A DNA stretch of 64,000 bases from Octopus vulgaris (lineage: Eukaryota): positions 1,302,001 to 1,366,000 of the forward strand of contig OX597817.1 of assembly GCA_951406725.2 (NCBI GenBank), in the 5' to 3' direction. A program made the translations under genes and the position numbers. The notes beneath the pieces were generated by a model that saw nothing but the letters and a program-made list of their open reading frames with translations, did not search any database and was not told where the DNA came from. Positions within the stretch are counted from its first letter, which is position 1. The number at the start of each line of letters is the position of its first letter. Of this stretch, positions 1-11,923 are shown piece by piece.

Positions 1-156
1 ATAATTTTTCAACTTCGGTACATTTTGGTAATTGATGCATTCGACTTAACTTATTTTCATACATGAATGAAGCCCATTTTGTCGTTTACCACCGTGAGAT
101 GAAAAGTAAATTCTAGAAAAGACTCTTCCTCATGATGCTAATAATGATGAGGATTG

Positions 157-188
<32 letters not shown>

Positions 189-1441
189 CGAGGCCTGATC
201 CAATTTGAACTAGCTTACAAAACAACCACAATTGGACTGGCCAAATATCTTGAAATAACGAATGACTGGATGCTAAAGCTCGTGGAAAATCACGAGAGAC
301 GAAAGAAGCTTCATTCTATCATAAAGGAAAGCAAAAAATTTGCTATTGATCTCATGCAGGATACCCAAACTGAACAACCCGAGGGAAGTACGGCAACTAT
401 TGTTGCAAAGAAGGTGAAAATGATGGCAATGAAAAAAGAGGGAAGTATGGCAACTATTGTTGCAAAGAAGGTGAAAATAATGGCAACGAAAAAAGCGCAC
501 GAGCAATTGGCTGATAGGTGGGAGGAGAAACCTCTGCACGGCAAATATGTGGCCCGCAGCAAACAAGCTGATGTTGACCAGAAGCAAACCCATCAGTGGC
601 TATAGAGCTCAGGGCTAAAAGCAGAGAGCGAAGGTTTCATCCTGGCTGCTCAAGACCAAAGCCTATTAACCCGGAACTACCAGGCCAATGTGATGAAAAA
701 TGGAGCAGACCCAAAATGCCGATTCTGCAACGACATGATTGAAACAGTGGACCACTTAATCTCTGGATGTAAAGTCTTAGCACCAGTGGAGTATAAATTA
801 AGACATGACAGAGTTGGCCAATATCTACACTGGCTAATAAGTCGGCATTACAATATCAAAACTGCCGGCAAGTGGTATAATCACCACCCTGAGGCTGTAA
901 CTGAAGGAGAAAATGTAACCATTCTGTGGGACTTTCCAGTACATACAGACCGAACCATCAAGGCCAATAAACCAGATATTGTTGTGAAAGACCAAAACAA
1001 TAAAGTTTGCTTATTGATCGACATGAGCATCCCCTGTGATCATAATATCTCAGCGAAAGAGTTTGACAAGCTCAGAAAATATAAAGACCTACTCATTGAA
1101 ATTGAGAAAATGTGGCATCTCAAGGCGGTTACAATACCAGTGATCGTAGGAGCACTAGGAATGATCAAGAAGGGAACCGAAAATTATATGAGAATGATCC
1201 CTGGCTTACCATCCCTGAAAGAAGTGCAAAAGATTGTCTTAACTGGTACATCACACGTATTGAGAAGAGCATTGTCGATGTGAGAACTATTACTACCCAT
1301 GTATTTTAATTTAACTTAAAAAAAAACGAACTATTCAGTTTGGTTTGATGGCCTACCGGTGTGTACTATGAGTTTCTTTGCCCAAGGAGTCGGGAAGACA
1401 CTCGGCAAGAAATGGAAGCAAATTTGAAAGAGAAAAAAAAA

Positions 1442-1443
<2 letters not shown>
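189..1443 (+). mobile_element. 5'-truncated non-LTR retrotransposon, RLE clade (R4/Dong-like): 3' part of ORF, 3' UTR and A/(TAA)n tail
   Basis: ORFs 132-605 and 690-1283 are in the same frame, separated by one TAG (603-605). Motifs: RGL; AAQDQSL; CCHC knuckle CRFC..ETVDHLISGC; RHDRV; KPDIVV..LIDMSIP (PD-D/E nuclease); KYKDL; PVIVGALG. Starts in (ATG)n and ends in an A-run plus (TAA)n. Confidence 0.9.
381..494 (+). repeat. 57-bp in-frame tandem duplication within the LINE ORF
   Basis: EGSTATIVAKKVKMMAMKK (381-437) followed by EGSMATIVAKKVKIMATKK (438-494). Confidence 0.9.
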
Positions 1444-1488
<45 letters not shown>

Positions 1489-1489
<1 letters not shown>

Positions 1490-1640
1490 GTTTTTAATTT
1501 TGGTACAAGGCCAGCAATTTCAGGGGAACGGATTAAGTCGATTACATCGATCCGAGTACGTGATTCGTACTTAATTTATCGACCCCAAAAGGATATAAGG
1601 TAAAGTCGACCTCGGTAGAATTTGAACTCAGAACGTAAAG
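1489..1640 (-). mobile_element. tRNA-derived SINE family A, partial copy
   Basis: Reverse complement of the GTTCTGAGTTCAAATTCCGCCGAGGTCGACTTTGCCTTTCATCCTTTCGGGGTCGATAAATTAAGTACCAG core seen at 34966-35379. Confidence 0.85.
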
Positions 1641-1660
1641 ATTACGAAATGCATTTGTGC

Positions 1661-1760
1661 GAACTGGAACAACATGAAATAAAACGTCTTTCAACAAGGA
1701 CACAACGACCTTACGATCGTGGGTCGAATTCCTTAACCACTAAGCCACGCACTTCCACAT
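1661..1760 (-). mobile_element. tRNA-derived SINE head, family C-like
   Basis: Minus strand GTGCGTGGCTTAGTGGTTAAGG (A box), similar to the heads at 54487 and 60270. Confidence 0.55.
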
Positions 1761-1859
1761 GATGAACACAAAGCGTTGTGTTTGCGACCAAAGACATATA
1801 CAATATTTCATTTTATATGGGATTGAACAGAAGAATATATAACTTATTAAATTCTAAGG

Positions 1860-2350
1860 ATAATAATAACAATTGGTGTATACTGCACCGCTCATCTTAC
1901 TAAGAGTGTTAAGAGATATTTGATTCAAAGATAACTGAAGCCTTAACGTGCGTAAACAAACAGCTATGCACAGCATTTCAATGTATTCTGCAAATCTAAC
2001 TACAACCAGTAATATCCGAAATAAAGTGGGTGTGTCGACGTAGAATGAGGACACAACTGACTTGTATCGTTGTTTTTACGTCTTATCGGGATTAAATTAT
2101 CTTTCCCCGCCAAACTTATTAACATTAGATTGTGAATGGTACCTAATGGTACAAGCGTAATGTCTCTATATTCATGAAAAGAGTACCAATAATAGAAGAC
2201 CAATACAAGGTCACGAATAAACATGTAACCAACGAGACTAAATACATATGTAGCTGAGTCCATCCAGTATTCATAACCCACGTTGTATTGTTACTTTATA
2301 TATAACATCAGCTAATTGTGTTCCATTCAGTTCTAATTTCACATCCATCA
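1860..2350 (-). pseudogene. Possible highly degenerate Penelope-like RT remnant
   Basis: Minus-strand FYVD-TLF and GAVYTN segments loosely match the PLE RT YVDD and TGxYxN regions; many disruptions. Confidence 0.25.
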
Positions 2351-3946
2351 AGTTCAACATCTCCTTCCGTTAAAATAATTTCCCCTAATACATGAAGGTC
2401 AACTGGACTGAGAGTACTTCCTTCTTACCAAAACAGCGTGGGGAGATTTATTCCTCTATAAGAAAATAATTGCTTTGTTTGTGACATGGCGAAGACCATC
2501 ACTTTTCACAGTTGATCACAGCTGATTTCTTCTACTGAAAAAAAAAAACAGAAATCGAACCTTGTACTGGACTGAGGACTGATACTTTATTGATCGACCC
2601 AGAAACAATGAAAGGTAAAATTCACCAGGGAGAGATTTGAACTCAAAGTGCTGAGATCCAGAACGAGAACTGCAAGGAATTTACTTGACGATATAACAAC
2701 GCTTCTAATTTAATCCTATACACGAAAAAAAAAGCCCCAACAAAATATAGTGCTTTGACAACTGACACTAGTAATGCCGTTGCATCTTGCCGTGTGGCTA
2801 TTTATTGCTAGAATAACTGAGAGATCCTCTGAAAGATAAGTACCTTGATCATGGATATAGAATAAATCGTCCTTATCAATTAGGTCGAGATACCTAAAGG
2901 AATATGGTGTTAAACTACATACTCATAAATCATCAGGTAAATCTATCTTCAATCGTTTCTCTGAGCTCTAGTGAAAAACACTTTAGTGTCCATAACTCCA
3001 TTTCAATTAGCTGTTAATTCACCTGAGGTTGTTCTCTCTAATCGATTGCTGGCTCCATAAAAAATGGAGATTTATCTTATGAAGACTTTTGACATTTAGG
3101 AGGCATTTACAAATTAACTAAACAATTTATAGCCTTGAAAATTTATGGAAAAATTGCTGAAAAAAAAAGACATACACTGACAATAATAAGAAGTAATTAA
3201 AAAGGTGAGAACACAATTAAAAAGAAGAGCCAATCAAGGAATCTCATTTGATCTGGAAGAAATCCTAATGAAACCTTTCCTAAACTATTCTTTGCCGCCT
3301 TAAAAAATAATAAAGAAAGAATACATTAGTTAATGAAATCTCCGAAAAGACGGTATGATTATGGCTGGAACACCGATAAAATATCTGTTAATTTCATTTC
3401 AAATGGCATCATCATCTTAAAAAAAAGGTAAGACTTTCAGTAATATTGTCATATTTACCTTTCGTTTTGCTCTGGTTAGCACTGCTAGAGCAGACATATG
3501 ATTAAGACGTTCCTGATAGGAACATATTGTTTTTTTTTTAAACGGAAGCTCGGAACATACCTTGTCTTTTGAAAGACGGCGAGGTGTAATTATAGGGAGA
3601 TTTGTCCGCTATTTCCCACTGACCTATCCAGAGTCTCACTTGTCGGTTGATATTTAATTCCATATCTGAGAAAGGAAAATATGATGGTCAAAGTTGAAAT
3701 AGAGCTGCTCGATCAGAGTTAACCTACAATAAACAATGACAAAAACAATAGCAACAACAACACCAGTAGTCACAGCATATAACCTTAAAACTTGTATTTT
3801 AACGTTATTTTCTACTAGTTTCCAGTGATGGCTGCATTATTTGGTGACCCTGTTAATTTCAAGATCGCTTTTGAATCACTCCCTACCGTTTTAAGAAAGA
3901 GCAACTCGGATAATATAGTCTGGGGGACATTGAGAACACTATAATT

Positions 3947-3998
<52 letters not shown>

Positions 3999-4749
3999 GA
4001 AAGAGAGAGAGAAAGGAAAAGGAGGGAGAGCGAGAGAGAGAGGGGAAAGAGAGAAAGACGACGGAATAGCCGTATCTTGAATACCTATCATCAAAAGTAT
4101 TCTTGATCATGACTGACCTGGGAGTAAATAGGAAAAGCAGGTGTAGCTGCAGTATCATCGCTGTCGTCACGGTTATCTATTTCAGAATAATAGGGACTTC
4201 AATGTACCTCTGTAGCTTAATAAAACTCATAAAATTACACAGCGATAGAAGAGCAACGTAGTTGTCAGCAACAAATCAAAGAATACAAGTTATACAGTTT
4301 TTAGTTTCGCACAGTAAAGAAGAAATAGTGATTAAGTTCAACATTTCGGGCAAGGATCCTTCATAGATGAAAAACAAAGGAAGATGAAATAAAAGAAATT
4401 ACTATTTTTTAAAAGGAAAAAATTTGACAAATCAGTCAGTCGTGGCTGACACTCGTTGACGCTACACCGAAGAGGCCAGGGAACAGAAGAAAGAAGTCAT
4501 GCACCCAACACCAGAGTTGAAGACACCTCCGAAAGTGGGGACCCCACCACGTCAAAACGGTAGAGTCAAACCGGACGTGGTTCCTCCTGATGATGTTTCG
4601 AGCTAACTGGATCCTATAAAGGAGCTGTTGTGGTAGCAGACCACGAAACACGGTTGAAATTCCTCAGAAGGATTTCGATGGTAATTACACGAATCATCCA
4701 CTTCTATTGTAGTCTCTATTCTGTTTACACACAATAAGCCCAAAACAGT

Positions 4750-4900
4750 AATTTTCTTAAGGATTTCTCTCCTTCAACAAACTGCATCTGTCTGGAACCT
4801 CATCCTGCTCCTTAAAGGCATATTTCCTTCTCTACAGGGATCAACTTGCAGCGTTTCTCGCTGCATCAACGCGGGAGGGCCCGCAGGTATCACTAGTCTC
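4750..4900 (+). mobile_element. Degenerate CR1/Jockey/L2-type LINE 3' remnant
   Basis: QTASVWNL resembles the conserved C-terminal RTxxLWNxLP motif. Confidence 0.3.
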
Positions 4901-5223
4901 CCCTCACCAAAACCCAAACCCCCATACATAACATCAGGTGCATGTACACACTTTTAGTGAAACACACACATACTCGTACTCACATAAGTGCGCTCACGCA
5001 CAAGTACACGTGCGTGAGCGAGCGAGCCCTCACGTATATTATCGTTTTACCGTTTATATATTCGCTAATGGCATAATTGTTGAATAGGTGAAAGATTAAG
5101 CAAACACCAAGTAAATTAGGGGGCGGCTAAGCTGTTTAAAATCATTTATAATTTATACCCGTGTAGATAAAATTAAAGCAAATGGTAGGTTGATTAAGTA
5201 GTCCGTTGTCTGAGCTTCTTCAT

Positions 5224-5291
<68 letters not shown>

Positions 5292-5421
5292 TGGGGAGGG
5301 CAGATACTCCGCATTTATATCCTCCTCCCAAATCATATAAAAATATAAAAAATATAAATCAATTCAGCAATAAACTATAAGTGCAAGTAGAAACATACAC
5401 AAACACACACACACATACACA

Positions 5422-5462
<41 letters not shown>

Positions 5463-5591
5463 ACACATACACACACACACGTAGCTACATATGCATGTGC
5501 ATATATAAATATAAATATAAATATAAATATATATATATATATATGTATATACACACATATACGTATATATACATTATACATACATTTCACC

Positions 5592-5651
<60 letters not shown>

Positions 5652-6004
5652 ATATATATATGCTTACATTAAACACACACACTGACACTCACCTACGCAT
5701 CTGCTCACACACACACACACACACACACACATGCACACACGTGCGCACATATTAAACAACAAAGAATAAGTGCAGAAAAATTGCTCAGAGCCATCTGGTG
5801 TTGAAATAAAGATCAGCTTCTTAATGCGTCTGACAGAAGCGCGTGCGGGTGTAGACACACGCACGCTCATACCTCTCCACACACACATATACATGTCAAT
5901 AGGTTTTCGTTCATAGACACACACACCATCCCACCTTTCTCTCTCTCAGCCTTTTTCTATCACCAACAACATCAGTATAACTGACACTAACCTAACCATT
6001 CCAC

Positions 6005-6005
<1 letters not shown>

Positions 6006-6035
<30 letters not shown>

Positions 6036-6220
6036 CTTCTTCTTCTTCTTCTCCTTCCTATTCTTCTTCTTCTTCTTCTTCTTCTTCTTCTTCTTCTTCT
6101 TCTTCTTCTTCTTCTTCTTCTTCTTCTTCCCCTTCTTCTTCTTCTTCTTCTTCTTCTTCTTCTTTCCCTTCTTCTTCTTCTTCTTCTTCTTCTTCTTCTT
6201 CTTCTTCTTCTTCTTCTTCT

Positions 6221-6255
<35 letters not shown>

Positions 6256-6510
6256 TTCTTCCCCTTCTTCTTCTTCTTCTTCTTCTTCTGCTTCCTCTTC
6301 TTCTTCTTCTTCTTCTTCTTCTTCTTCCCCTTCGTCTTCTTCTTCTTCTTCTTCTTCTTCTTCTTCTTCTGCTTCCTCTTCTTCTTCTTCTTCTTCTTCT
6401 TCTTCTTCTTCTTCTTCTTCTTCTGCTTCCTCTTCATCTTCTTCTTCTTCTTCTTCTTCTTCTTCTTCTTCTTCTTCTTCTTCTTCTTCTTCTTCTTCTT
6501 CTTCTTCTTC
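6006..6510. repeat. ~500-bp (CTT/GAA)n microsatellite with recurring interruptions
   Basis: Directly visible; it produces the spurious poly-Lys ORF 5946-6437. Confidence 0.98.
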
Positions 6511-6617
6511 TCATGTTTAAATAATAAACTGTTCTAGAAGAAAGAAATGTCATTTGCTATTTCAGCAGTTATTGACGTTGTTGATGCTGTAAATCGCTGT
6601 TCTTCTTCTTCTTGCTA

Positions 6618-6693
6618 CTGATACGAATGCGGTCCTCATCAAAGCGAGCATCTTTAAACATGCTTGTTTTGATGAAGCCTACAGTCGTATCGG
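6618..6693 (+). ncRNA. Candidate pri-miRNA hairpin
   Basis: Bulge-free ~34-bp stem. 6636-6651 pairs continuously with 6660-6675, and 6618-6626 with 6685-6693. 8-nt loop, 4 symmetric mismatches; G-U wobbles favour the plus strand. Confidence 0.45.
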
Positions 6694-8340
6694 CCACGCC
6701 TTTGGTCCTTAGTTTTCCCCGTGCTGCGTTGCACATCGGGCTGTCTACCCCTGCCGTGTATACCTCTGGGGTGCATAGTTGCTAGTTGCTTTTCTTTGCT
6801 TTCTCTTTGAAACTACTTTTTGTGAAAAGAAAGAAAAAACGAAAATCAAAATAAAAAGCTGCAAGCCATTTAGCTCATCCTTTCCTTTCAATCCTGTACA
6901 GTAGTAAACTACTAGAGCGAGCGAGAAATAGAAGTGGAAATCCGAAAGAAAAACTTTCAAGAATAATTCAAAATAAGGTGAAAGGTGAATGTATGATAGT
7001 TCTGGTGATTGATGAATCATTCGCGGTGTTGGATATGTAATAACAAACCCACTACGGTATTGCATGATAGGCTACATTTCATACATACGTGATACAAGAC
7101 ACCCAATACAGCTGTCTTTTGGTAAGAAGTTTGTATGCATGTCAGGTGAAATTTTAGTACAGTTTTTGATTAGGATATGAACCCACATACTCTTCGTCGT
7201 TGTTTTATAGATCCTTGTCAGTCTTTGATAAGTTCTTTGATATAATCACAACTATTTCTTCTTTGTCATAGTATATCTTGGGTTATATTGTACAATGAAT
7301 ACTTCCTCTTGCTGTTGTTTAACCTTAAGTTAGCTATTAGTGATAATTCTATGATTAAAAGCTTTCCAGTCAATCCTTCCATACTTTTTCCAAGTTTAGT
7401 GTACTCAACGCGACGTTTCTGTGTTTTTTAAAAACAACAGAATTTCTTCGGAGAATTAGCTATTATTTCTACAAGCGATTACATGAAAACTTCTTTATCT
7501 CACAGAATTGTACTTCGCTGTAGTTTATGCAACAGTCCTTGTTCTCGTGAAAAAAAACGGAATAAAAATTTTTATACTTTTCATTCTTTTTAGCTTTGTA
7601 TATATGTTATTTCCTTCGTCAGTACCGTTGGTAAATATAACGTTTTACAGTCCATACTTTGAAATTTTGTTGTAAGGAAATATTTTTCTCTTTTCAAAGG
7701 TTTCCATTAAAATAGCTCGTACATTCTTAAAGTTTTCGCCTGGACGCTTTGGTGATAAAATCTCATATATAATTATTGTAAGTTAAGTATATCTATATTA
7801 GTAATCGAAACACTTAACAATCTTTTGATTCAATATCAAATGATAGCAAAGTCTTAATATATTTTAATAAAAATACTGCATTTATTTTTAATTTTGAACA
7901 CCATTTCTAAAACTCGAAATTCCCTCACTCTCCTTCCCCTTCTCTTTCTAGCTCTCATTCACTGTAACCATCTCCTCCCACTTCTTCCTGTTTTCATATT
8001 AAAACTTAGATTCGTTTATCTGTTACTTCCGCCTTTCACTCGAACTTCAACTGATTTTCGTTGATATGAAAATTAGAAATTTAAACAACTGAAGGAAATA
8101 TTGCTCACATAGCAATGAAAGCAAATCAAAGTATTTTCGCATTCCACTATTTTAGAATTTGATACTTTTCTTAAAAAGTTCTAAAGTTATTGCGTATTCA
8201 TGTGTTTCAATCTTTCTCCGAAATGTTATTTCACTAATTTTATTCGTCTTCTTTAGATTTATCTCCGTTCTATGATCTTTTCAAGTTTTCTTCAAAATTT
8301 AAGGATACATTTTCGTCCAGCATATACAAAATTTAGTATG

Positions 8341-8395
<55 letters not shown>

Positions 8396-8532
8396 CAATT
8401 AAGGGTTTAGCAACGAATTGCCTCGCCACACACCGAATTTAGAAATAGCAGTCAAAGAGTTATAGCTATTCTTTCTACTAAAAGGGAGATCTCAGTAAAA
8501 ACACAGCACTTGTTTCTACTAAAAGGGAGATA

Positions 8533-8610
<78 letters not shown>

Positions 8611-8713
8611 TTCAGCAAAAATTTAGATTCAAATGAATATGGTACTTAATTTAGTTATCCATAAAAATCCGTGGGATGATTATAATCAAAATAAGCAACA
8701 AGAATGACTCCGG

Positions 8714-8806
8714 TAATATGGTACGATCGTTTCGTACTACGTCATTTTATTAAATGTTGTAAGTATTACAACAGATTTAAGATACTGAGTACTCATCAGC
8801 CAATTA
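8714..8806 (-). ncRNA. Type I hammerhead ribozyme, inverted copy
   Basis: Reverse complement of 8968-9060 with the CTGATGA and GAAAC core intact. Confidence 0.8.
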
Positions 8807-8967
8807 TAAAGGTTTTCCATTAATACAAAAATTTAGTCAGTCAGTGGAAGGACTTCACTACCTCATATGTTCTTAAAATTTAAATCCACATCTTTGTCTG
8901 TATATCTACCTTCTCTATAATGTTTGCCACTTGATTTGAAAATTTTTGTATTAATGGAAAACCTCTA

Positions 8968-9060
8968 TAATTGGCTGATGAGTACTCAGCATCTTAAATC
9001 TGTTGTAATACTTACAACATTTAATAAAATGATGTAGTACGAAACGATCGTACCAAATTA
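8968..9060 (+). ncRNA. Type I hammerhead ribozyme
   Basis: TTGG-CTGATGA-GTACT..(long stem II)..AGTAC-GAAA-CGATCG-TA-CCAA: intact core, stem I TTGG/CCAA, stem II GTACT/AGTAC, palindromic minimal stem III, GUA cleavage triplet. Confidence 0.85.
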
Positions 9061-9088
9061 CCGGAGTCATTCTTGTTGCTTATTTTGA

Positions 9089-9150
<62 letters not shown>

Positions 9151-9384
9151 GTGTGTGTGTGTGTGTGTGTGTTAATTAAGGCTACTATTGGTTTCATGTT
9201 AATAAAAGTAGGAAAATATGTGGCTTAATTTTTCAAGCCAATCACATGGAGAAAAGCGTTCGTCTCCATTTTGGAAAACACAGTTTCGTTTAATTCGCGG
9301 AGATTCTCGTGAATCGACGTGAATAAAACAATGAATCAGTGACTCAAGGGACTTTGCTCTTGGGTAGCATCTTTTAGGCAAACT

Positions 9385-9655
9385 GTTGTGTGGTCAATTT
9401 GTTTGCATTATTTTGTTTTTGTGCTGGGCATGGTGTTTTTATACTTGTGTGTTGAGCTAGTTCATCATTGGGGTATATTTCTTCTGTATGTTGTGTTTGT
9501 GTGCTATCTGTGTTCAGATTTCATGTTTAGGTTCTTAGGCCTAACTGGTTAAATATTTTGCATAATTCTTTATTCTAGCCATATTGTATACTACTCCCAC
9601 GCCATCGTTCCTGTATAAATCTATGTTAGTGTTATGTCCCGTATTATGACGACAT
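9385..9655 (-). pseudogene. Penelope-like (Neptune-type) reverse transcriptase fragment
   Basis: Minus strand NIDLYRNDGVGVV (cf. GLYRDDGL), KELCKIFNQLGL, then a PNDEL segment (cf. YRKPNDxxxY); frameshifted. Confidence 0.7.
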
Positions 9656-9904
9656 ATTTCGTCGTCTACTGCGGGACTGGTCCGAACAGCGTACTGACTG
9701 TTTCAGTTCACTATTTATTAGTAGTGAACCAGCCAACTTCTCACCTGGGGGCGTCCGCCACAACACGTCCCCTTTAAGATTTTTTTAGCACAAAATTTTT
9801 TTAATTTCCATTACTATATATATATATATGTATATATATATATGTGTGTGTGTGTGTGTATATATTTTTACTCATCCTACATCCATTCGTCCGTCTGTCC
9901 GTCC

Positions 9905-9996
9905 GTACATACATACGTACATGCATGCATACATACATAGATACATACGTACATACATACGTACATACATATATACATATTACATACATACACGCA

Positions 9997-10058
<62 letters not shown>

Positions 10059-10298
10059 CATACATACATACATATATACATACATACATAATACGTACAT
10101 ACATACATATATACATACATACATATATACATACATACATATATACATACATACATACGTACATACATACATACACACATACATACATACATATATTCAT
10201 ACATACATACATACATACATATATACATACATACATATATACATACATACATACATACATACATACATACATACATACATACATACATACATACATAC
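9905..10298. repeat. (TACA)n microsatellite
   Basis: Directly visible. Confidence 0.97.
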
Positions 10299-10588
10299 GT
10301 ATGAAATGCAGTTTAAAAGGATGTTTGGTTGGCATAATTGTTTCATTCATGCGAAAGTAAAAATACAATGCAGTGTTATTCTTCGGCTTTTTATTTTGAC
10401 TTCGAATCTTCCAAAGTCAGACTGTAGAATCGCTGGAATCGAGTAATTCCTTCACCTCAACATTTCTGGTCTTGTACCTAGATTAGAAACAGCGTCATGC
10501 TGTTTACAGCTGACGAATCTTGCAGGCGATGTTGCTACATTTTCCCGACTATACAATCCATGTATATAATGCATATGTTCATGTATAT

Positions 10589-10661
<73 letters not shown>

Positions 10662-10664
<3 letters not shown>

Positions 10665-10859
10665 CGCAGGAGTGGCTGTGTTGTAAGTAGCTTGCTTACG
10701 AACCACATAGTTCCGAATTCAGTCCCACTGCGTGGCACCCTCGGCAAGTTTCTTCTGCTATAACTTCGGGCCGATCAAAACCGTGCGAGTGGATTTGGTG
10801 GACGAAAATTGAAAGAAGCTCGTCGTATATATACATGTATATATATATATATATACATG

Positions 10860-10918
<59 letters not shown>

Positions 10919-11118
10919 TTGTTTGTGTCTGTGTTTGTCACCCCAACATCGCTTGACAACCGATGCTGGTGTGTCTACGTCCCAGTAACCTAGCGATTCG
11001 GCAAAAAAGACCGATTGAATAAGTACTGGGCTTACAAGGAATAAGTCCTGGGGTCGATTTGCTCGACTAAAGACGCTGCTCCAGGATGGCTGCAATCAAA
11101 TGACTGAAACAAGTAAAA
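10662..11118 (+). mobile_element. tRNA-derived SINE family B, full length, with internal (TA)n/(TG)n
   Basis: A box TGGCTGTGTTG, B-box-like region, CORE-like GGCACCCTCGGCAAG; homologous to 41035-41814 and 57376-57535. Confidence 0.85.
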
Positions 11119-11882
11119 TATTATATATATATAATGCATTTGAAATATATTTACGTAACGCTACGCATTCCTCATATTTTTACTCAATTTAATCTATTCG
11201 TTTCCCTTCCTCCCACTCTTTCCCTCTCTAATACTTTACTTCTCCTTACGTTCTGCCTTTCTATCTGTCCTTCTCGCGTCTCCTGTGTCATAGGACAATT
11301 TTATTTTGCTTTGCGTTACCACATGTAAGTCTGTTTTGCAGTCGCATGGCTTCTTTTCTTGTTTATGTATGTTTTATTTTGTCACGTTTGTTTTCGTCAT
11401 TGTTCCATACATTCGTTAGCTATTTCAGTGTTTTTTTTTTTTTGCCATTGGCACCACCAAGAGTGAACAATATCAACGTTAAAGACGTGAAATTGTAATG
11501 ATCGTTTGGACGTTGACTGATGAGGAATAAGCTATGAATTTTCTGCTTGTTATGTTTTTGTAACATTTTCGTTTGTTGTGTGTGTGCGTGTGCGTGTGTT
11601 AGTATGTGTGTATGTATGTATGTATGTATGTATGTATGTATGTATGTATGTATGTATGTATGTATGTATGTATGCATGCATGTGTGTGTGCCTGTGTGTA
11701 TGTGTATGGGTGTATATATATATACATATATATACCGACGTATGATCGTGAGTGCAACACCCTACCCACGAGGCCATTTGCTCCCCCTCTCTCTCTTTCA
11801 CACACACACACACATGTATGTATGTGTGTATGTATGTTAACGTGCTCGCACGGATGTACATACACTTATATACTACGTGAAT

Positions 11883-11923
<41 letters not shown>

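Larger units (their letters stand above)
8608..9090. mobile_element. Penelope-like pseudo-LTR fold-back element flanked by (TA)n
   Basis: ~150-bp inverted repeat (8682-8834 vs 8940-9092) with few mismatches, each arm carrying a hammerhead motif; (TA)n on both sides. Confidence 0.8.

Noticed and set aside
5364-5924. ORFs rich in YI, HT, CV or YLSI (here and throughout the window)
   Set aside because: Translations of (TA)n, (CA)n, (TACA)n and (TCTA)n microsatellites
5946-6437. Poly-lysine ORF
   Set aside because: Translation of the (GAA)n microsatellite
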